63,952 bases of DNA, filler included, from Licmophora abbreviata (GCA_900291995.1; 8 parts of 8 records of this genome joined end to end with filler, not necessarily neighbours in it), one strand, 5' to 3'; numbered from the whole stretch's first letter, positions 1 to 13,867 are shown. The notes: generated by a model from the letters alone, not told the origin. Numbers and translations are program-made.

Positions 1-1348
1 GTGTTGACAGCTGCGGGTGTCGGCAATGCCGAAGCGACCGCCATGAGTGCCGCCATGGTATGTAAACACTCTTTGCTGTAATCTTGCTAACGCATTTCCC
101 ACTGTAACTAGTGCATCTCTAAACATCGCTCTACCAACCTTCAAGACGTGGGCCATGCGTGACGGTCTCGGAATGATCGGGGGGCTGCTCTTTTCGTATA
201 CTGCCTCGTCGTTGTTTGATTCCTATGTCAAAGAGTTTCGTTTGTTTGCGGATATCATCAATGATGTAGGATTGACCCTCGATATGGTGGCGCCCTTTAC
301 TGGAAGCAAGTATGTCTTGCACGTTACGAGTCTGGCGACTGTTTGCAGAGTCATGTGCGGCATGGCTGCGGGTGCCACCAAGGGCAGCATCACGCAACAT
401 CTCTGTTTGCGAGGTAACATGGCAGATCTCAATGCAAAAGAGTCCACTCAGGAGACACTAGTATCATTGGTTGGTATGCTGTTGGGAATTGCGTTGGCGC
501 GGTATCTGCATCATTTGGAACAAGACGAGCGGACGGACGATGCACCATCGTTGGCGACCACCGTGTCATGGACAATATTCACTGCGTTGACGCTCGTGCA
601 CGTATGGGCAAATTACGTCGGTGTCAAGGTATTGCATCTTCGAACACTGAATCGAGAGAGAGCCAAGAATGCGTTGGAAGGAATCGTTCAGCAAGTCGCG
701 GGTGAGAGCATGTGGACGACCAAGGACTCGTCGGTTTCTCCGTCTTACAATATCAGTTCAATCCGCGCTCCAGAGGAGATTTCCGAGTCCTTATGGGGAT
801 CTACCTGCAACATATTGTTTTCTGGAAAGATTAGGCTTGGGACGAGTCTGAAAACGACCTTAGTAGGGCTCTCGTCTGAGGAGATGCTAGATCGTCTGCA
901 GGGGGAGTTTTCATCGGAGAACTATGTGCTAGGGATCGTTGGCCGGGGTACGGTCTCCGTTTCGCTCCGAGTAGGAGCGACAGAACGGACTGAGCTTAAG
1001 GCCTATGTTCATAGCTTGGTAATCCGAAAATGTATCCAACAAGGAGCACTTGTCGGGAAGAACGATGCGTCGTCGCGAACGCAGCTAATCTCGAGGTGAG
1101 TCGTCTCATTCTTGTCGTCTAGAGAGAAGTGGCGCTCAGCGTTGGACATGGCGTAGATCATAGATTTCACACGTGTGCTCTTTAGAACACACGAGCAGGT
1201 CAACAATCTATTTGGTATGACGGGCAAGACAGCTAAGGGGGGCGTTCTATCGTTGGCGGCACTAGAGCAAAATGGCTGGGATGTAAACCGACTGTACTTT
1301 GGCTACGGTCGGTGGAGGATTCATTGGAGCTCTTCCAAAGTAGATTGA
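1..1348 (+). CDS. RUS1/DUF647 (root UVB sensitive, C16orf58-like) family protein, 5'-truncated. Exons ~1-57, 146-1095, 1186-1348
   Basis: The spliced product reads VLTAAGVGNAEATAMSAAM|TWAMRDGLGMIGGLLF...FRLFADIINDVG...GNMADLNAKESTQET...HVWANY...TLN, the RUS family motifs. GT-AG introns at 58-145 and 1096-1185 keep the frame. It ends ...NGWDVNRLYFGYGRWRIHW..stop at 1348. Confidence 0.85.
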
Positions 1349-1646
1349 AGTCTATATATGTAACTTACGGCGTTGGAACAGAGGAAACATAGAAAGTGTG
1401 ATCAAACAGTGTATAGTAGACCAGCTCTGTCTTTGCGAAATAGACTGCGTCGAAATACTAGAGTCCGTCGTCGCCCGGCAGGCATCACGGTCAACATCTC
1501 ACAGCATCACATTTCTTTTTCGCGTTAACATCAAACAAACATCATGACATGACAAATTTACCAAGAGAAAACATCGTACACTGAGTTAGTCGACGGTATT
1601 CGAACGTAACCGCGACGTGATCTGCGGTGGGGCGGTTTTTGGGACA

Positions 1647-3218
1647 ATGTTGGTGAATCCTGAGGCAGCAGCGCTGCTACTACCGTCGGTGTCGATCGCG
1701 ATCTCGTCTGTCCTCGGTGACAGTATCCTTCGTTCGGACTTGTATCTCGATCGAATTAGGATTCAGGTACTTCTTTGGCTAGCAGCGTCTTTGCAAAAGG
1801 CACCCAGGGATAGAGGAACTGCTGTTTGGATCCATATCGTCTTTCTTTCGTCGATCGCTTCCATAGCGACGAGGGCATGGACAGTTCATTTCCGATGGAA
1901 TGTCGTGACAGAACAGAGACCAGAGCTTGTCAGACTCGTACCTCCTTCTGTGCTTGTAGCGGTTCTTTACAGTTTCGCAAGTCAAGTTGGGTCCGCCGAC
2001 GGGTCCGCTGTATCTTGGCAGTCCGCTACCACTATCGCGTTAGGGACCTTCCTTCTGTTCGGTGCATGGAGGGTGCGTACGCATCGACGTATGTTGGCGA
2101 AGAGGGAACTTGTTGGGATGCCTACAGTCGTGAGCAGTTACGCCTTGAATACTCGCTCGGTTGATGAAAGTGCCTGGCCGCATTGGTCTCCCTCCGATGT
2201 CCTGCAGTGGATCTCTTCTCTCCCAGATCAAGCAGCAGCAATTGACTGGAAGAGCGTCTGCCGAATACTTGCGCCAGAGCGTATTCCTGGTTCGGTGTTG
2301 GATACGCTCACGCTTTCGGAGCTGCGATCGGTGGGAATAGGAATAGGACCTGCGCGGTGCCTCGTAGACAATATACAAACTTTGACGAGACGCTACCCAG
2401 CTAGACGGAGTCAGGCCTATGATAGAACTCATGACATGCTTGAAGCCGAGGGCTGGCTGACAACAGAAAAAAACGACAATCAGCATCAGATGCCCGACCA
2501 GACGAGCCTGTTTGATTTGGGAGGAGTGCCTGGTCCGCCGGATGAGTCAGTCGTTCAGCGTGCTCAAGGCCTCATGCAGGAGCGGTACGGCATCGAGCNN
2601 NNNNNNNNNNNNNNNNNNNNNNNNNNNNNNNNNNNNNNNNNNTTAATTAATTAANNNNNNNNNNNNNNNNNNNNNNNNNNNNNNNNNNNNNNNNNNNNAG
2701 GCCTCATGCAGGAGCGGTACGGCATCGAGCTTCCGGAGATGAAGGCTGCTAGTTCTCCAAATGGATCAACAGGAACGATGATGTCGCGTGACATTGGCAA
2801 CTCCAGAGACATTGTACCTACTCTTGACGATGATCGAGCAGACGCTGCATCGCTCGCTGATCCACTAGACGGGCTGCCGCCTGAGCTACTAGAGTCGATG
2901 CCCCCGAGTATTCGAGAGATTGCACGTCGAAAGCCGGATGTTGTAGCTAAGATTTTGGAAGCCAAAAAGAGTCAAGCGGTGCCAACATCGTCGTCCCAGA
3001 TCACAACTCCTGGAGAGAAAGTTCGGCTACAGAGCCACGCGTACCTCAAAACCCGGATCGGAGCACAAGAGCGGGCCCAGCTGGCTGGTATTTCGCCTTT
3101 AGTCGCGGAATCCAAAGACCATGTCGTGGTGGGAGAAACCGACGTTGACGAAGACGGTGAGCAAACGGGACTCCTTCGAAAGCGCGCTGGTAGGTCTAAG
3201 TATGCATCTATTCGTTAA
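1647..3218 (+). CDS. Multi-pass membrane protein with a SAM (sterile alpha motif) domain, interrupted by a scaffold gap
   Basis: Several hydrophobic segments precede WSPSDVLQWISSL...ERIPGSVLDTLTLSELRSVGIGIGPARCLVDNIQTL (SAM pattern). The ORFs on either side of the gap overlap by 32 identical nt. Confidence 0.6.
2599..2698. other. Scaffold gap (N44-TTAATTAATTAA-N44 linker). Identical gaps at 10765-10864, 34001-34100, 35501-35600, 41618-41717, 45510-45609 and 55401-55500
   Basis: 100-nt N runs with a central stop-in-all-frames spacer; an assembly artefact. Confidence 0.97.
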
Positions 3219-3227
3219 GTTCAAAAT

Positions 3228-6200
3228 TTACGGCATACAGGACGGGACAAGAAAGCAGCACTTGACGAGTCCTTCTCTGGTGTCTTGGTCCCCCTTTGCA
3301 GCAGAGGCGAGAACAATGAGTGCCTCGAGAATACAAGGGTGCATCGTAGTGCTATCGCTGCGTCTTTCAACCAAGTTGGTGATACGTTGTGCTTGCTCTC
3401 GAACCCTCGATGTGTCGTCAGCGCCTCCATAGATCACAACGATGCTCGCAAGGATGAGTGAATGCAGCATGGGAAAAGCTACATTGTTGCGGGTGATCTC
3501 GTGAGCGATGTCTTCGTATAAAGTGCACTGCATCGCCAACATTCTATCAAGCAGAACTTGACACAGCCGAAGAATCTCTCCGTGGGTGGAGTCATCGCTT
3601 ACAAATGAAGAGTCACTGGACAGAGCCACAGTGACGGCAGCCAGTTGGTTTGTCGGTAGCATCTCTTCAAAGGTGTTGCTTTCTTCTTCCTCAAAAATCT
3701 TTCGATCGGTTCCCAAGTTATGTAGATCTCGCTCGGATTTGGGATCGAGGCTGTACCTCGTTTCCTTTTCATATGATCGTAGGAAAGCTTCTAAGCCGTT
3801 GCAGCTCTCCAGAATCGTCTTTAGTAAACGCGTGTTCAGCTTCTGGCCACCACATAGAGCAGCCACACGTCTATACGCACTCTCCTGGACGAACAGCGGC
3901 GTCGTCACGACGGCGGCAGATGCCAGCGAGGCTTGTGCAGCAGCTGTGCGAACATCGGCGTCTCCGTCCTGGAGAAGCAGTAGAACCATCTGGAAGGCGT
4001 CAAGTTGAAGCTTTCGAAGATGATCAACGATAGGCGATTCGGATTTCTCAACTGACTGGATTCTCTCTTGAGACAAAAGCCCACTTGTCCCAATCGATAT
4101 CGCCACACTATACCGTAGTCTCCACGATGCGTGTTGCTTCGTGCAGACGAGAAGGAGATCCACGTATGTCGAGACATGCGGGAGGATGTGAACCGTGTCA
4201 CTTTCGTTGCCCGGTAGCATAGAACGAACTGCTAATCCCATGAGCTCGACCGCATTGCCAGTTACAGGGTCGTCGCATTTCACATTTTCCATGTTTCCGT
4301 CGAAGTTGGTTCCTAGCATCAGAAACGCTGCAGCCCATAGGCTTTCAGCTTCGGCCTTCAGCTCCAGTCTGTCAACGCATTCCAACAGGCAGCGAGAGAT
4401 TCGGCGTACAGTTGGTGGGTGTGGAGATGTCTCTACTCCTTTTGTACCGTTTTCCGGTCGCTTTCGACGAATTTCGATGTGCAATGCCCTAAGAAGCATT
4501 TGAAAAATCTGAGGGGAGACGGTATCTCCCTCATCTTCTGATTCCGTCTTGCTCTTATGTTCCTGAAGCAAAACTTTTTTGAATGTTTTTGCCGTGGTGA
4601 GGCGGACGTCGATAGAATCGTGCTCAAGCAACTCTTCGATGTGATCTAAACATTGCCCAACTCGAACTTTGTCATCGCCAGAGCCCCAGACCTCATGGCA
4701 ACATAGCTGACAGGCAACTCTAGCAGCAACCCCTCCCAGCCCAGCCGCTCCGATAGATGACGTCGGACAAAGAACCCTGGTAGTATTGATAGCTAAATCC
4801 AAAACACGGTGCCTTTCTTCGGTGGTAGTATGGGTTCCTCTCGTTGCGACATCAGAAAAAATTTCCAACGCAACTGTCTTGCATGGCGGCGGGAAAAGTG
4901 CACTTCCGGGATCAGCGTAAGACAGAATGCGTTCATAGAGGATATCCTTTGGAAGAAGAAGCCGACCTGGATCGCCGCAGGCCTGGAGTAGATAGTATAT
5001 ACCATACAGCGCGCCGTGACGCGCATTCCAGTTCACAAGCCCAGCCTGGGAAGAGTCGCCATCTAACATTCCCGCACATGTCTGCAAGAGCCCCCTGGGC
5101 GAGGTACTAGTGCCTCTGGTGTCAGACGCAATGTTTGCTAGGGCTCGAGCAGCGACGATCCGGACCTTATGGTTTCGATGGCCAAGGCATTCCACAACCA
5201 TCGGGACGAATGGGTCGGTCAGAAACGCGGAATGAGCTCCTGACAGAGCTACCATCTGCAATCGGGACAAAAGGAGGAGAATAGGATACAGTGGTGGACT
5301 GAGGGAACGCGAGCTCTGATTTCCATCGCTCGCGTGTTGATCTGTGTCGCATTGCATGACGGCGCGGAAGAACAAATCAAGTGACGGATAGCTTTGAAAG
5401 AGTTCGGATGCTGCTATCGCGTTCCCGCTCGTCAAATCTTTCTTGTTTGCATTCTTGTCGGCATCAACAACTCGTAGCATGACAGCAGCGAATACCATTG
5501 TCGACGAGTTGCGTACAGCCCATGAGGAATCGTCATAGCCTATTATGGCTGAAATTAGAGAATCCCCAACGAATGGCTTCACGATGCTCGTGAGAGGCGC
5601 GTCGAGAATAACCAGTCGCAGAATGTTGAGTGCATGCACTCTGCACCGCCACTGGCAAATGAGGGAAGGCATGTCCCGTAAGTTCAAAAGAGCAGTGATC
5701 GAGGTGCCTACAGCAACTATACACTCACCTCGTACTCTAAAACGGGAACAAAATTGCCTAGGCTGTCGCCATGTGACTCCGACAGAGCTATCGGAAAATA
5801 AAAGTTTGGCTCAAACTGTAGTAGAGAAAAATGGTTCGAAACGTCTTTGTCTGAAGGGAGGGAAAGACGGATAATCTGCGCGAGCTGAGAGGCACACATT
5901 CTCTTAAGCTTCGTGGTGTTTGCAAACTCGGCACGCATGAGGGACAGGAATCCGAGCCCATATCCGGTGCTTCTTCTCAGTGTCGAGTCACGGACTCGCT
6001 CTGTCGCCGATACTTCATGCATAAGCCTTGCTCCGCACTCCGATGGAACGCAGGCAAGGGCATCATTCTCGATCCCCGTACACTTGATGCAATGAGAAGC
6101 TATAATCTGAAGAGCTTTGTGAGCTGCAAAAGCCGCTCCTTGATGCTTCAGTGATGTCAATGTATCGATGAGGAGCGAACATGACTGTTCAATAACGTGA

Positions 6201-9200
6201 TGTGACGGGAAGAAATTGTTTGCGGTGATGGTGGCAGACAAAGTAGAGCAAGCCTCCTTTATTAACAACCATGAACCAACAATGACCCGTTGTGCGGCAA
6301 AATGCTCGAGTATGGACTCCTCATCCACCAACTCCACCGAAGAATACGTGGCATTCGCTCCAATTGCCCCAGTGTTCACGTTAAGGGGGGTATGCACTCC
6401 AGCGGTATTTTGCGGCGACACTGACCCACCTGTTTGCATCGGACTGCCAGGACCATTATGCTTACGTCAGCGACAACGTCGAGAGAGACTTGAATCGCTG
6501 TACAACACTTTTGAGCTAGTCGGCAGAAGACGGAGTCGGCGGCAATGTCTTCACCGCCAGTATTTTCGATGATAAGCCTAATCGCATGCAGGAGTCCATG
6601 GCACAGAGGTAAATCGCGCCCATCCACGCCGACATATTCTTGTTGTCGCCCGAGAATATGCGCGAGGCCCTGGGCCATCACGTCGATACGCTCCGACAGT
6701 GCATCCACGAGCTCACGGAGATAAAATCCTCTCTCTCCCTTCGTACTAAGCGAGAGGTATAGTACTGCTAGAATCCGCCCTCCTGTATCAGCTTCTCGTT
6801 GACGAGGCGACGACGCAAGGAAAAGTCCCCTTCGACGTATGGGATCGAAAGTATAATCTGCCGCGAAGAACCTGGAAACCGGCAAGTCTCGTCCATGCGA
6901 AAGAGTAAGGAGATCACATAGTACAGAAAACGCCAAAGCGCGCGTCTGATCCCAAATGGAATGAAGCATAGAGAAAAGGGTAGCCATCGCCTCGTCTGAG
7001 GCCAGTTTATTCAAAATCGCAGTGAGAGTCGACTTCTCAATCGAAGACACGCGGCGACTTTGAAGTTGTTTTGCTCCTCCAGACAGGGTTCTGGGAGACG
7101 CGAAATCCATTATGGATTTGAAAAGAACTAGTGCGAAAGCTTCTTTCTCATAAACGGTACCAGGATATGCTCCCTGCTTCAGGAGCAAAGACGAAATGAT
7201 GAAGTCACAAACAAACGTCGACATCCGTGGCAGAATCTTGATCTCGCTGTTGCCAGAGCAGCACGCTAAGCGAAAATATTCGGCTTCGCATACCGATAGT
7301 CGAGTCAGGAGCGACATCAAGCATGCCTTGAGTCCGGCCGCGAAGTCATTGCAGCCAGACTTTAGTGAGTACGGAAGAGCATACTCATAGAGATCTATCT
7401 CTATCTCGATGAGCTCAAGAAGAGGCGCAGAGAAATTGTTTGATGAAATGATTACCTCCATCGCTCGGAAGGCAGCTAGCCTGATTGCAGATGAGTAATG
7501 CACCAGACAACCGCGCAACACCTCAAGCGGGATACGAGCGCGTATGGAGTCGCGCAAACGCTGAGACGCCGAGGGGAGATTAGAAACCTTGAGCGACAGC
7601 GATTGACGCACAGTCTCTAGATAGGCCCAAAGTATACGGTCCTCCCGGGAAAGATTATCTTCGGTTTGAGCTCCACGAAAAGGAGCGCAGCCGTTTCTCC
7701 CCAAGGTGGACAGGTTTTGGATCTCATCGAGAAGCTCGGCGAATGCAAATGAGGCATCACGGCGATACGTTGGACCACCGACAATCGTTACCAGAAGTGG
7801 GATACAGAATGCAGAGGCTTGTTTTCTTCTAGTGGTGGATGTGGAGAGCAAGGCACTGGCAAAGTACGGTCCCCATTGAGCAACCCATTTACTCACTAGA
7901 GGCGAAGCATCCTCGGGCTGACCATCGGGATCTGTCGGCAAACATGTGAGATGTTAGACGGGCGCCTCAATGAAAACCAGGGCTCTCATTCGATACGTAC
8001 ACAAACGTTCTTTTCCCATCTCTCGCTCCATCCTCCTCCTTGCTTTCTGATTTACAGCCGTCGGGCGATTCTTTCTCCCAGCACGATTGTCCATCTTCTC
8101 CCGCAACTGACAGAGGAGTTTACCCAAGAGATCAGCGATCGCTCCAGCGTTGCTGCCTCGATCGCAAATCCCAGACACTAAGGATGCAACAAGGTTTCCC
8201 CCTGCATGCTCCATAAGTGTCTCCGCCCCTACAGCAGGGAGAAGAATTTCGAGAGCAACGTATTTCCCCTAAACTCCGAAATGATGTGAGATGCGCGGAT
8301 CAAAAGCAATTCTTGGGTTCATCGACACGGGGGTCTCACCTTCCTATTAGGAGACTGCTCGAGGACACGACAGACCAGATTCTCTAAGGACGAGCGCTGT
8401 CCATCACAGGCCTGTAAAAGCCTCACTAGAGCCCTGAATACATTCGGAATCGCGTTCGCAACTGGACGATCTGGCGGGCTCTCCCAAGCCTGCAAAACCA
8501 CCTCAAGAGTGGCATCTGCCAAGCTGTTTACTTCAACAGCAAGGCTGTCATTCGCATGACCGGACACAATTACCGCGCGGAATCGATTAAGCAACGTTTG
8601 AAGCGCACGCAGCGCTAGCAGTCGCGTCGTGGAGTCGGATACATGTCGGCAGTACTGGAGCAAGGACGAACCCATCGGGTCAACAAGCAGCGAAGGAGAT
8701 CTTGTTGCGACAATGTGATCGGGTAATGTGGCGGCAATCCCTTGAATGATAGCAAGAGTATTCAAGGAAGGCAGCCCCTCATTACTCTTCACACCTTCAA
8801 TCATTGCAGAAGCTTTTTTTGCGATGATCTCCTTCGAATCGTCCTCTGTGTATGAACATTTCCACCCAAACAGAAGTGTTTGCCCGTATGCTACACCCGC
8901 CACGCTCAAACCGTCTGAATGAGTTGCGCGACACCATATCAAAGACGACAGGAACGAGCTCAACCTTTCAACAGATTCAGAATGCAGGACAAAAGAGCGG
9001 TCCAAAATGGGCACAATGGGAGTCATGAACAGTTTCAGCACGGTTGCAATCGCCAGACTGTCTTCCACAGCTGCAGACACTGCGTCGCTACTCGCGCCGC
9101 CGATGCGCTTCTCGACGCTGGTATCACGGACTCCATACGACGCGGTATTAAGTACAGGATGTATCTGCTCAGCTTGCTTGCATAGCAGTGCCAATACTTC

Positions 9201-9776
9201 TCCTCGAGGGAGTTCGTCGTTCAAAATGTACGCACGGGTCGGTTCATAGTTGAGAGCCTCGAATAGACTTCCAACAGGTCGTGACCACCAGCGCTGTGAC
9301 TCCCAGATGCATTTCACGGATTGTTCAAGGACGGGTACTACCCCACTACCTATTATTGAAGAAAGAGTTGCCAAGCTCGACTGAACAGTGCGTCGTATCG
9401 GAGTAGGAATTTCAGGAGCAAGTACTAACTCGAGCAGTAACCTGTAGGTTCCCAGGAGCTCGCGCGTTTCTCCAATCTTCCCACTTCGCTCAACCTGAAG
9501 CACAACATTTCGATAGTTTTGAAGAGCATGCAGCTGGTCTTGGATCTGATCAGCATGCGTGACTATGGCCCACAGACGTAACGAGGGCGATTTCACGTCC
9601 AAATCTTTTGGTCCATCATGTTGGGCACGCACAAGCAGATCCAGAGCCTCCCTGATGCCTGCCTCCTTCTCCAGCACTTTCCTCTCATCCAATTCCAGCT
9701 TTCCCTTGAACAGGTGGCAGATGGGACCATCGCAAGGCACGGATATGGCTTTGCCCAACTTGGCGGATCGCACCAT
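3228..9776 (-). CDS. THADA: THADA/Trm732 homolog (DUF2428, ARM-repeat tRNA 2'-O-methylation cofactor), multi-exon
   Basis: Motifs GSWLLIKE, LTSLKHQGAAFAAH, LRRSTG, RVHALNILRLV and WAVRNSSTMVFAAVMLR occur across ORFs 8319-9875, 7954-8214, 6376-7941, 5717-6439 and 3228-5687, which are joined by GT-AG introns. Confidence 0.85.
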
Positions 9777-10006
9777 GGTCAAAATGATGTAACAACATGA
9801 TGCCTGATGAACAAAATTTTGGCGCCAAACTTCGGCTATGGGTGGCGAAGGTGCGTTCAACCGTCTGCCAGTCACTATATTGCACAGTTCGAATGAATCG
9901 ATCTTGATCCAAAGCTAAACTGAGGTAGGTCTCGAATTTCTAATGTTACCTTCTGGTTGCAACATGCGGGCTAATCTACTGCTAATGAAAAATGAAGTCT
10001 TCTTAA

Positions 10007-12219
10007 TCAGTCATGCATCTTGAGCCACTTCCTTGATTCCTGGAGGACCGAGATGAATTGCTCGTCGTTCGGCATCGTCGATTTCACGTGTCCCAGTGGG
10101 AAGTAAAGACTCACGAACTGCCCAACCAAGGGACGTTCTTTTACAAGAGGGCCCTTCACTTCGACATAGTTGTACTCTTGAAACGTTTCTTCTGCCTTGC
10201 GCTGTTCATGTTCCTCTTCGGTATGAATCAGCAGTGGAAGGCTGTGCTTCTTGCAAACGTCGAGGATGCCCTCGTTCGAAGGATCAACCGACAGCTCCAT
10301 CTGATCTCTAGCGTTCGTCGCGTAGAACAACAACAGAATTGGAGAGAGATCATCAAAGGAAGCTGAATCTGAGAGGCGAATGTGCGTTTTGACACCGTCC
10401 ATTGCGGGCGGACGCTGGAGTCCCCATAAAGTAGTGCGAGATGCGCCAAAGCCTCGCTTGGGATTCTCGCTCGTGGCATCTATGAGATAGTTCAGTAACT
10501 CGATGCAATAGCCACGAATCAGCTTGCTTCCGATGCAGTCGAGAATCTGTCTGACAGACTTGGTTAGCGTGGCGGTTGCCTTCAGCGACTCTAGATATTC
10601 GGAAGTGTACGACGAGTCGTAGGATGGATTGGAGCTTGGCACCACGACTGGGTACTTGGTGTAGGTTTCAAGGATGTTTCGAGGCGGAAACTCACCAAAG
10701 ACTTCGGCTTCTTGTGGACGAGCTTGGCATGTCAAGGCAGGAGGAGCGTTCGGGTTGTTCGTGGNNNNNNNNNNNNNNNNNNNNNNNNNNNNNNNNNNNN
10801 NNNNNNNNTTAATTAATTAANNNNNNNNNNNNNNNNNNNNNNNNNNNNNNNNNNNNNNNNNNNNCCCGTTCTCTCGAAAAGATACATGCCGAGCTCCATC
10901 ATCTGGCTACAGCGAGCATTGACCGCAAGAGTAATGGGTTGATTCCGGTTCAACCACTTGGCCAAAGAAATCAATTCCGCTTCACTGTCCTGCCACTCCT
11001 TGCCCGGGGCAATCTGTGAAAAGTCCACCACGACCTTTCGCCAGAACTCGTTGATTCCCGGCTTGGGCAGGCTCCCACCTATTTTGAAGTAGACGTCAGC
11101 CTTCGTGTCATACGTGTATTCATCCTCTGGAGGCCCAACGCTACCATCGTGCTCCGAAAAGATGCCATCAAACACATTTCTCCGCAATGCGTCGAGTCCA
11201 CTCTGCACGGTTTGTGAGTCCCGAAAGACGTCCCGCACTTGATCAGAATCGACCATGCCCGGAATCACGCAATGCCGCAGTGCAGTGCACTGACCAGCGC
11301 ACTCTATTGATGCACTCATACGAATCGCTTCCTTGACCGGATCCGTCCATTCGGTCGTCAACAACGTATTGGGACCACCCGTTGATGCCACCGTATTGGG
11401 ATAGCCTCTCGTCATGTCGGCTGCTAGAGCGCGAGAGCACGTGGCATACAGGTTCCCCGTATGATTTTTACACGACTGTGTTATGTCCTTGATGTCGTCC
11501 AAAGTACAAGACAGATACGTCAGCATGCCTTGGTGCTGAATGCCTTCTTCCTTCATGAGTCTCACCAGCAGTTCCGTCCATCGATAAGAGTGCTGAGTGG
11601 TATTGCTCCGTCCCAGTACGACACAGGGAATGCCCAATTCCAGGCTTCGAACAGTTTTTCGGAAAAGATCGAGAAAATTAGTGAAATTGGAAACGCACGA
11701 CACGTAAATAGGCTTGCGAGAAATGACCAGCTTCTTGTTCTGTTCATCCAATATCAATTGATCATTCAAGTTTCGTTCCACTGCATTGGCCATGACAGCC
11801 TCTTCGATTTCAGTAACACCATCTTGTTTTCCAAAGTCGATCGCCTGATTTCCAATCAAAAAACCGGCATGGTCCGATAGTAGCTTTTGCTCAACGCGAC
11901 GAAGCTGTGGACGAAGGTCGGTATATGGAGACTGCAAGGTCGAAATGTGCTGCTTCAGTACCTCAATTTGTTCGGACGAAGCCATGTACTGGCGACCATT
12001 CGGCTTTCCAAAGGCATCCTTCGTTTCTGTGAGTAAGTCGTCACTGCTTGGCAGCTTTTCACCCCTTAGGATTGTCGTGATGGGGTCCGAATACCATAGT
12101 TTCGGATCAAAGTCGTGTTCAAAGTAGGCGAGTGCAGACTGGCGCAAGGCTGCTGGATCTGCCTCAGGCAGATCGCGGAAGGCAGCCGCGTAAGTTGAGG
12201 AAGCAAAGTTGGGAGACAT
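10007..12219 (-). CDS. Divergent aldehyde dehydrogenase-fold protein (P5C dehydrogenase-like), spans a gap; start uncertain
   Basis: CVSNF (cf. PWNF), ASTGGPNTL (cf. ETGGKN), SASIECAGQCTALR (cf. SAFxxAGQRCSALR) and INEFW (cf. EIFGP) appear in ALDH order. Confidence 0.6.
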
Positions 12220-12793
12220 GCAAATACGCGATGACTGCGAATAGTAGTAGCGGTGATGGAGAGAAACACTACTAGGGGCCTGACGACTGATGACGGTGTC
12301 AACAAATTGGGATGATCTCGAAAAGCTGAATAACACAAGAGATCTTGCTCTTCCTTTCAACAAAGCCTCTGTAACTCTCCAAGAGGACGACCAAGCGACA
12401 AGAGGGCCTGAAGGCATGTACAGAAGGGTTCAAAGTCAAGCACAGAAGAGGGAGTTGGGACGCCAAGAGAACCTAAACCGCGCATGGGATGTTCATGGTG
12501 GATTATGGCGCGGCGTCGTCGAGATTCAAGATGAGAACCGCGGTGATGGTGAGTCGGACGATTCGAACCATCTATGTAACCCGGATCTCGTGTGCAACAA
12601 TGTTTTCCCGCCAAGCACATCGAATTTTGTGCGGCTGTCGTTGGTTTCGAACGAAGGGTGACGCACTAGCAATAGTATCCTTTGCAACATCGTCGTGTGG
12701 TGTTTCGTTTCGCTACAGTTGCAGTCCATGGCGACAAAGATATTCGTGACACACTTCCTTCGTCGTCCTCCTCGCCTTCCTGCTACTTCAAGT

Positions 12794-13630
12794 ATGAAGC
12801 TCTCCACTCCCCTCACTCTCTTGGCGCTCTCGTCCACGTCCGTCTGCTCGGCATGGTCCACGCAGAGCTCGCGCATCACTCGTCGTCCGTATGCTGCTGC
12901 CGCGCTTCACTCCTCTGCTACGGCCGATTCTGTGGCTACGGAACAATCTGGAGAAATCGAGACAGAATCCTTCCGTTTGAACTTCAAGGGCGATAAGGGT
13001 GACATCTCTCCGTGGCATGACATTCCCCTCAAGGGATCGGGCGAGGCCTACAACATGGTGGTGGAAATCCCAAAAATGACCAAGGCCAAGATGGAAGTTG
13101 CCACCAAGGAACCCAACAATCCCATTGCACAGGATATCAAGAAGGGGAAGCTTCGTGATTACCACGGACCCATCTTCTGGAACTATGGATGCCTTCCGCA
13201 GACATGGGAAGACCCGAACGAAGAACACCCGGAACTCAAGGTGTTTGGAGATGATGATCCTATCGATGTTGTGGAGATTGGAAGCAAGGCACTTGCCATG
13301 GGATCTGTCACGGAAGTCAAGGCTCTCGGTGTGTTGGCCATGATTGACGATGGCGAGTTGGACTGGAAGGTTGTGGCGGTCGCGACTGATGATCCTTTGG
13401 CGGATGAGTACAGCGACATCGATGACGTGCCAGAGTCTGTCAAGGCGGGTATCCGTGAATGGTTCCGCTGGTACAAGACTCCCGATGACAAGCCCTTGAA
13501 TGGATTCGGATTCGATGAGAAGTTCTTGGATGCCGCAGAGGCCAAAAAGGTTATTGAGGAGACGCATGATGCATGGAAGAAGCTCAAGTCCGGAGATACT
13601 GAAGCCGGAAAGCTCTGGACGGGAGAGTAA
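12794..13630 (+). CDS. PPA: Soluble inorganic pyrophosphatase (family I), probably plastid-targeted
   Basis: ISPWHDIPL, VVEIPK, NYGCLPQTWEDP, GDDDPIDVVEIG, DDGELDWK and WFRWYK. N-terminal signal peptide ...VCSA-W followed by a Ser/Arg-rich transit peptide. Confidence 0.95.
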   Translation: MKLSTPLTLLALSSTSVCSAWSTQSSRITRRPYAAAALHSSATADSVATEQSGEIETESFRLNFKGDKGDISPWHDIPLKGSGEAYNMVVEIPKMTKAKMEVATKEPNNPIAQDIKKGKLRDYHGPIFWNYGCLPQTWEDPNEEHPELKVFGDDDPIDVVEIGSKALAMGSVTEVKALGVLAMIDDGELDWKVVAVATDDPLADEYSDIDDVPESVKAGIREWFRWYKTPDDKPLNGFGFDEKFLDAAEAKKVIEETHDAWKKLKSGDTEAGKLWTGE

Positions 13631-13867
13631 GCTGGTAGAATCGTACTACCGTAAGAATGGCATAGTCCTGGGTAGCTTTGTGTTCTGTCCTTGCTATGCC
13701 GGTAGGAGATCAGAATCTATTGTGGTACCAGTACCAGATTGGGAATGCATGAGCGCGGCGTCAAGTTGTTCGAACGAAATAGTCGAAGGGGTCAAACAAA
13801 AGTCCCCACGCAAAACCGAAAAAAATAGAATACAAAACACATCATTCGCGGCGACGACATCATAACC

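Noticed and set aside
2643..2654. Recurring TTAATTAATTAA motif (7 copies)
   Set aside because: Always centred in 100-nt N runs; an artificial scaffold linker, not biology.
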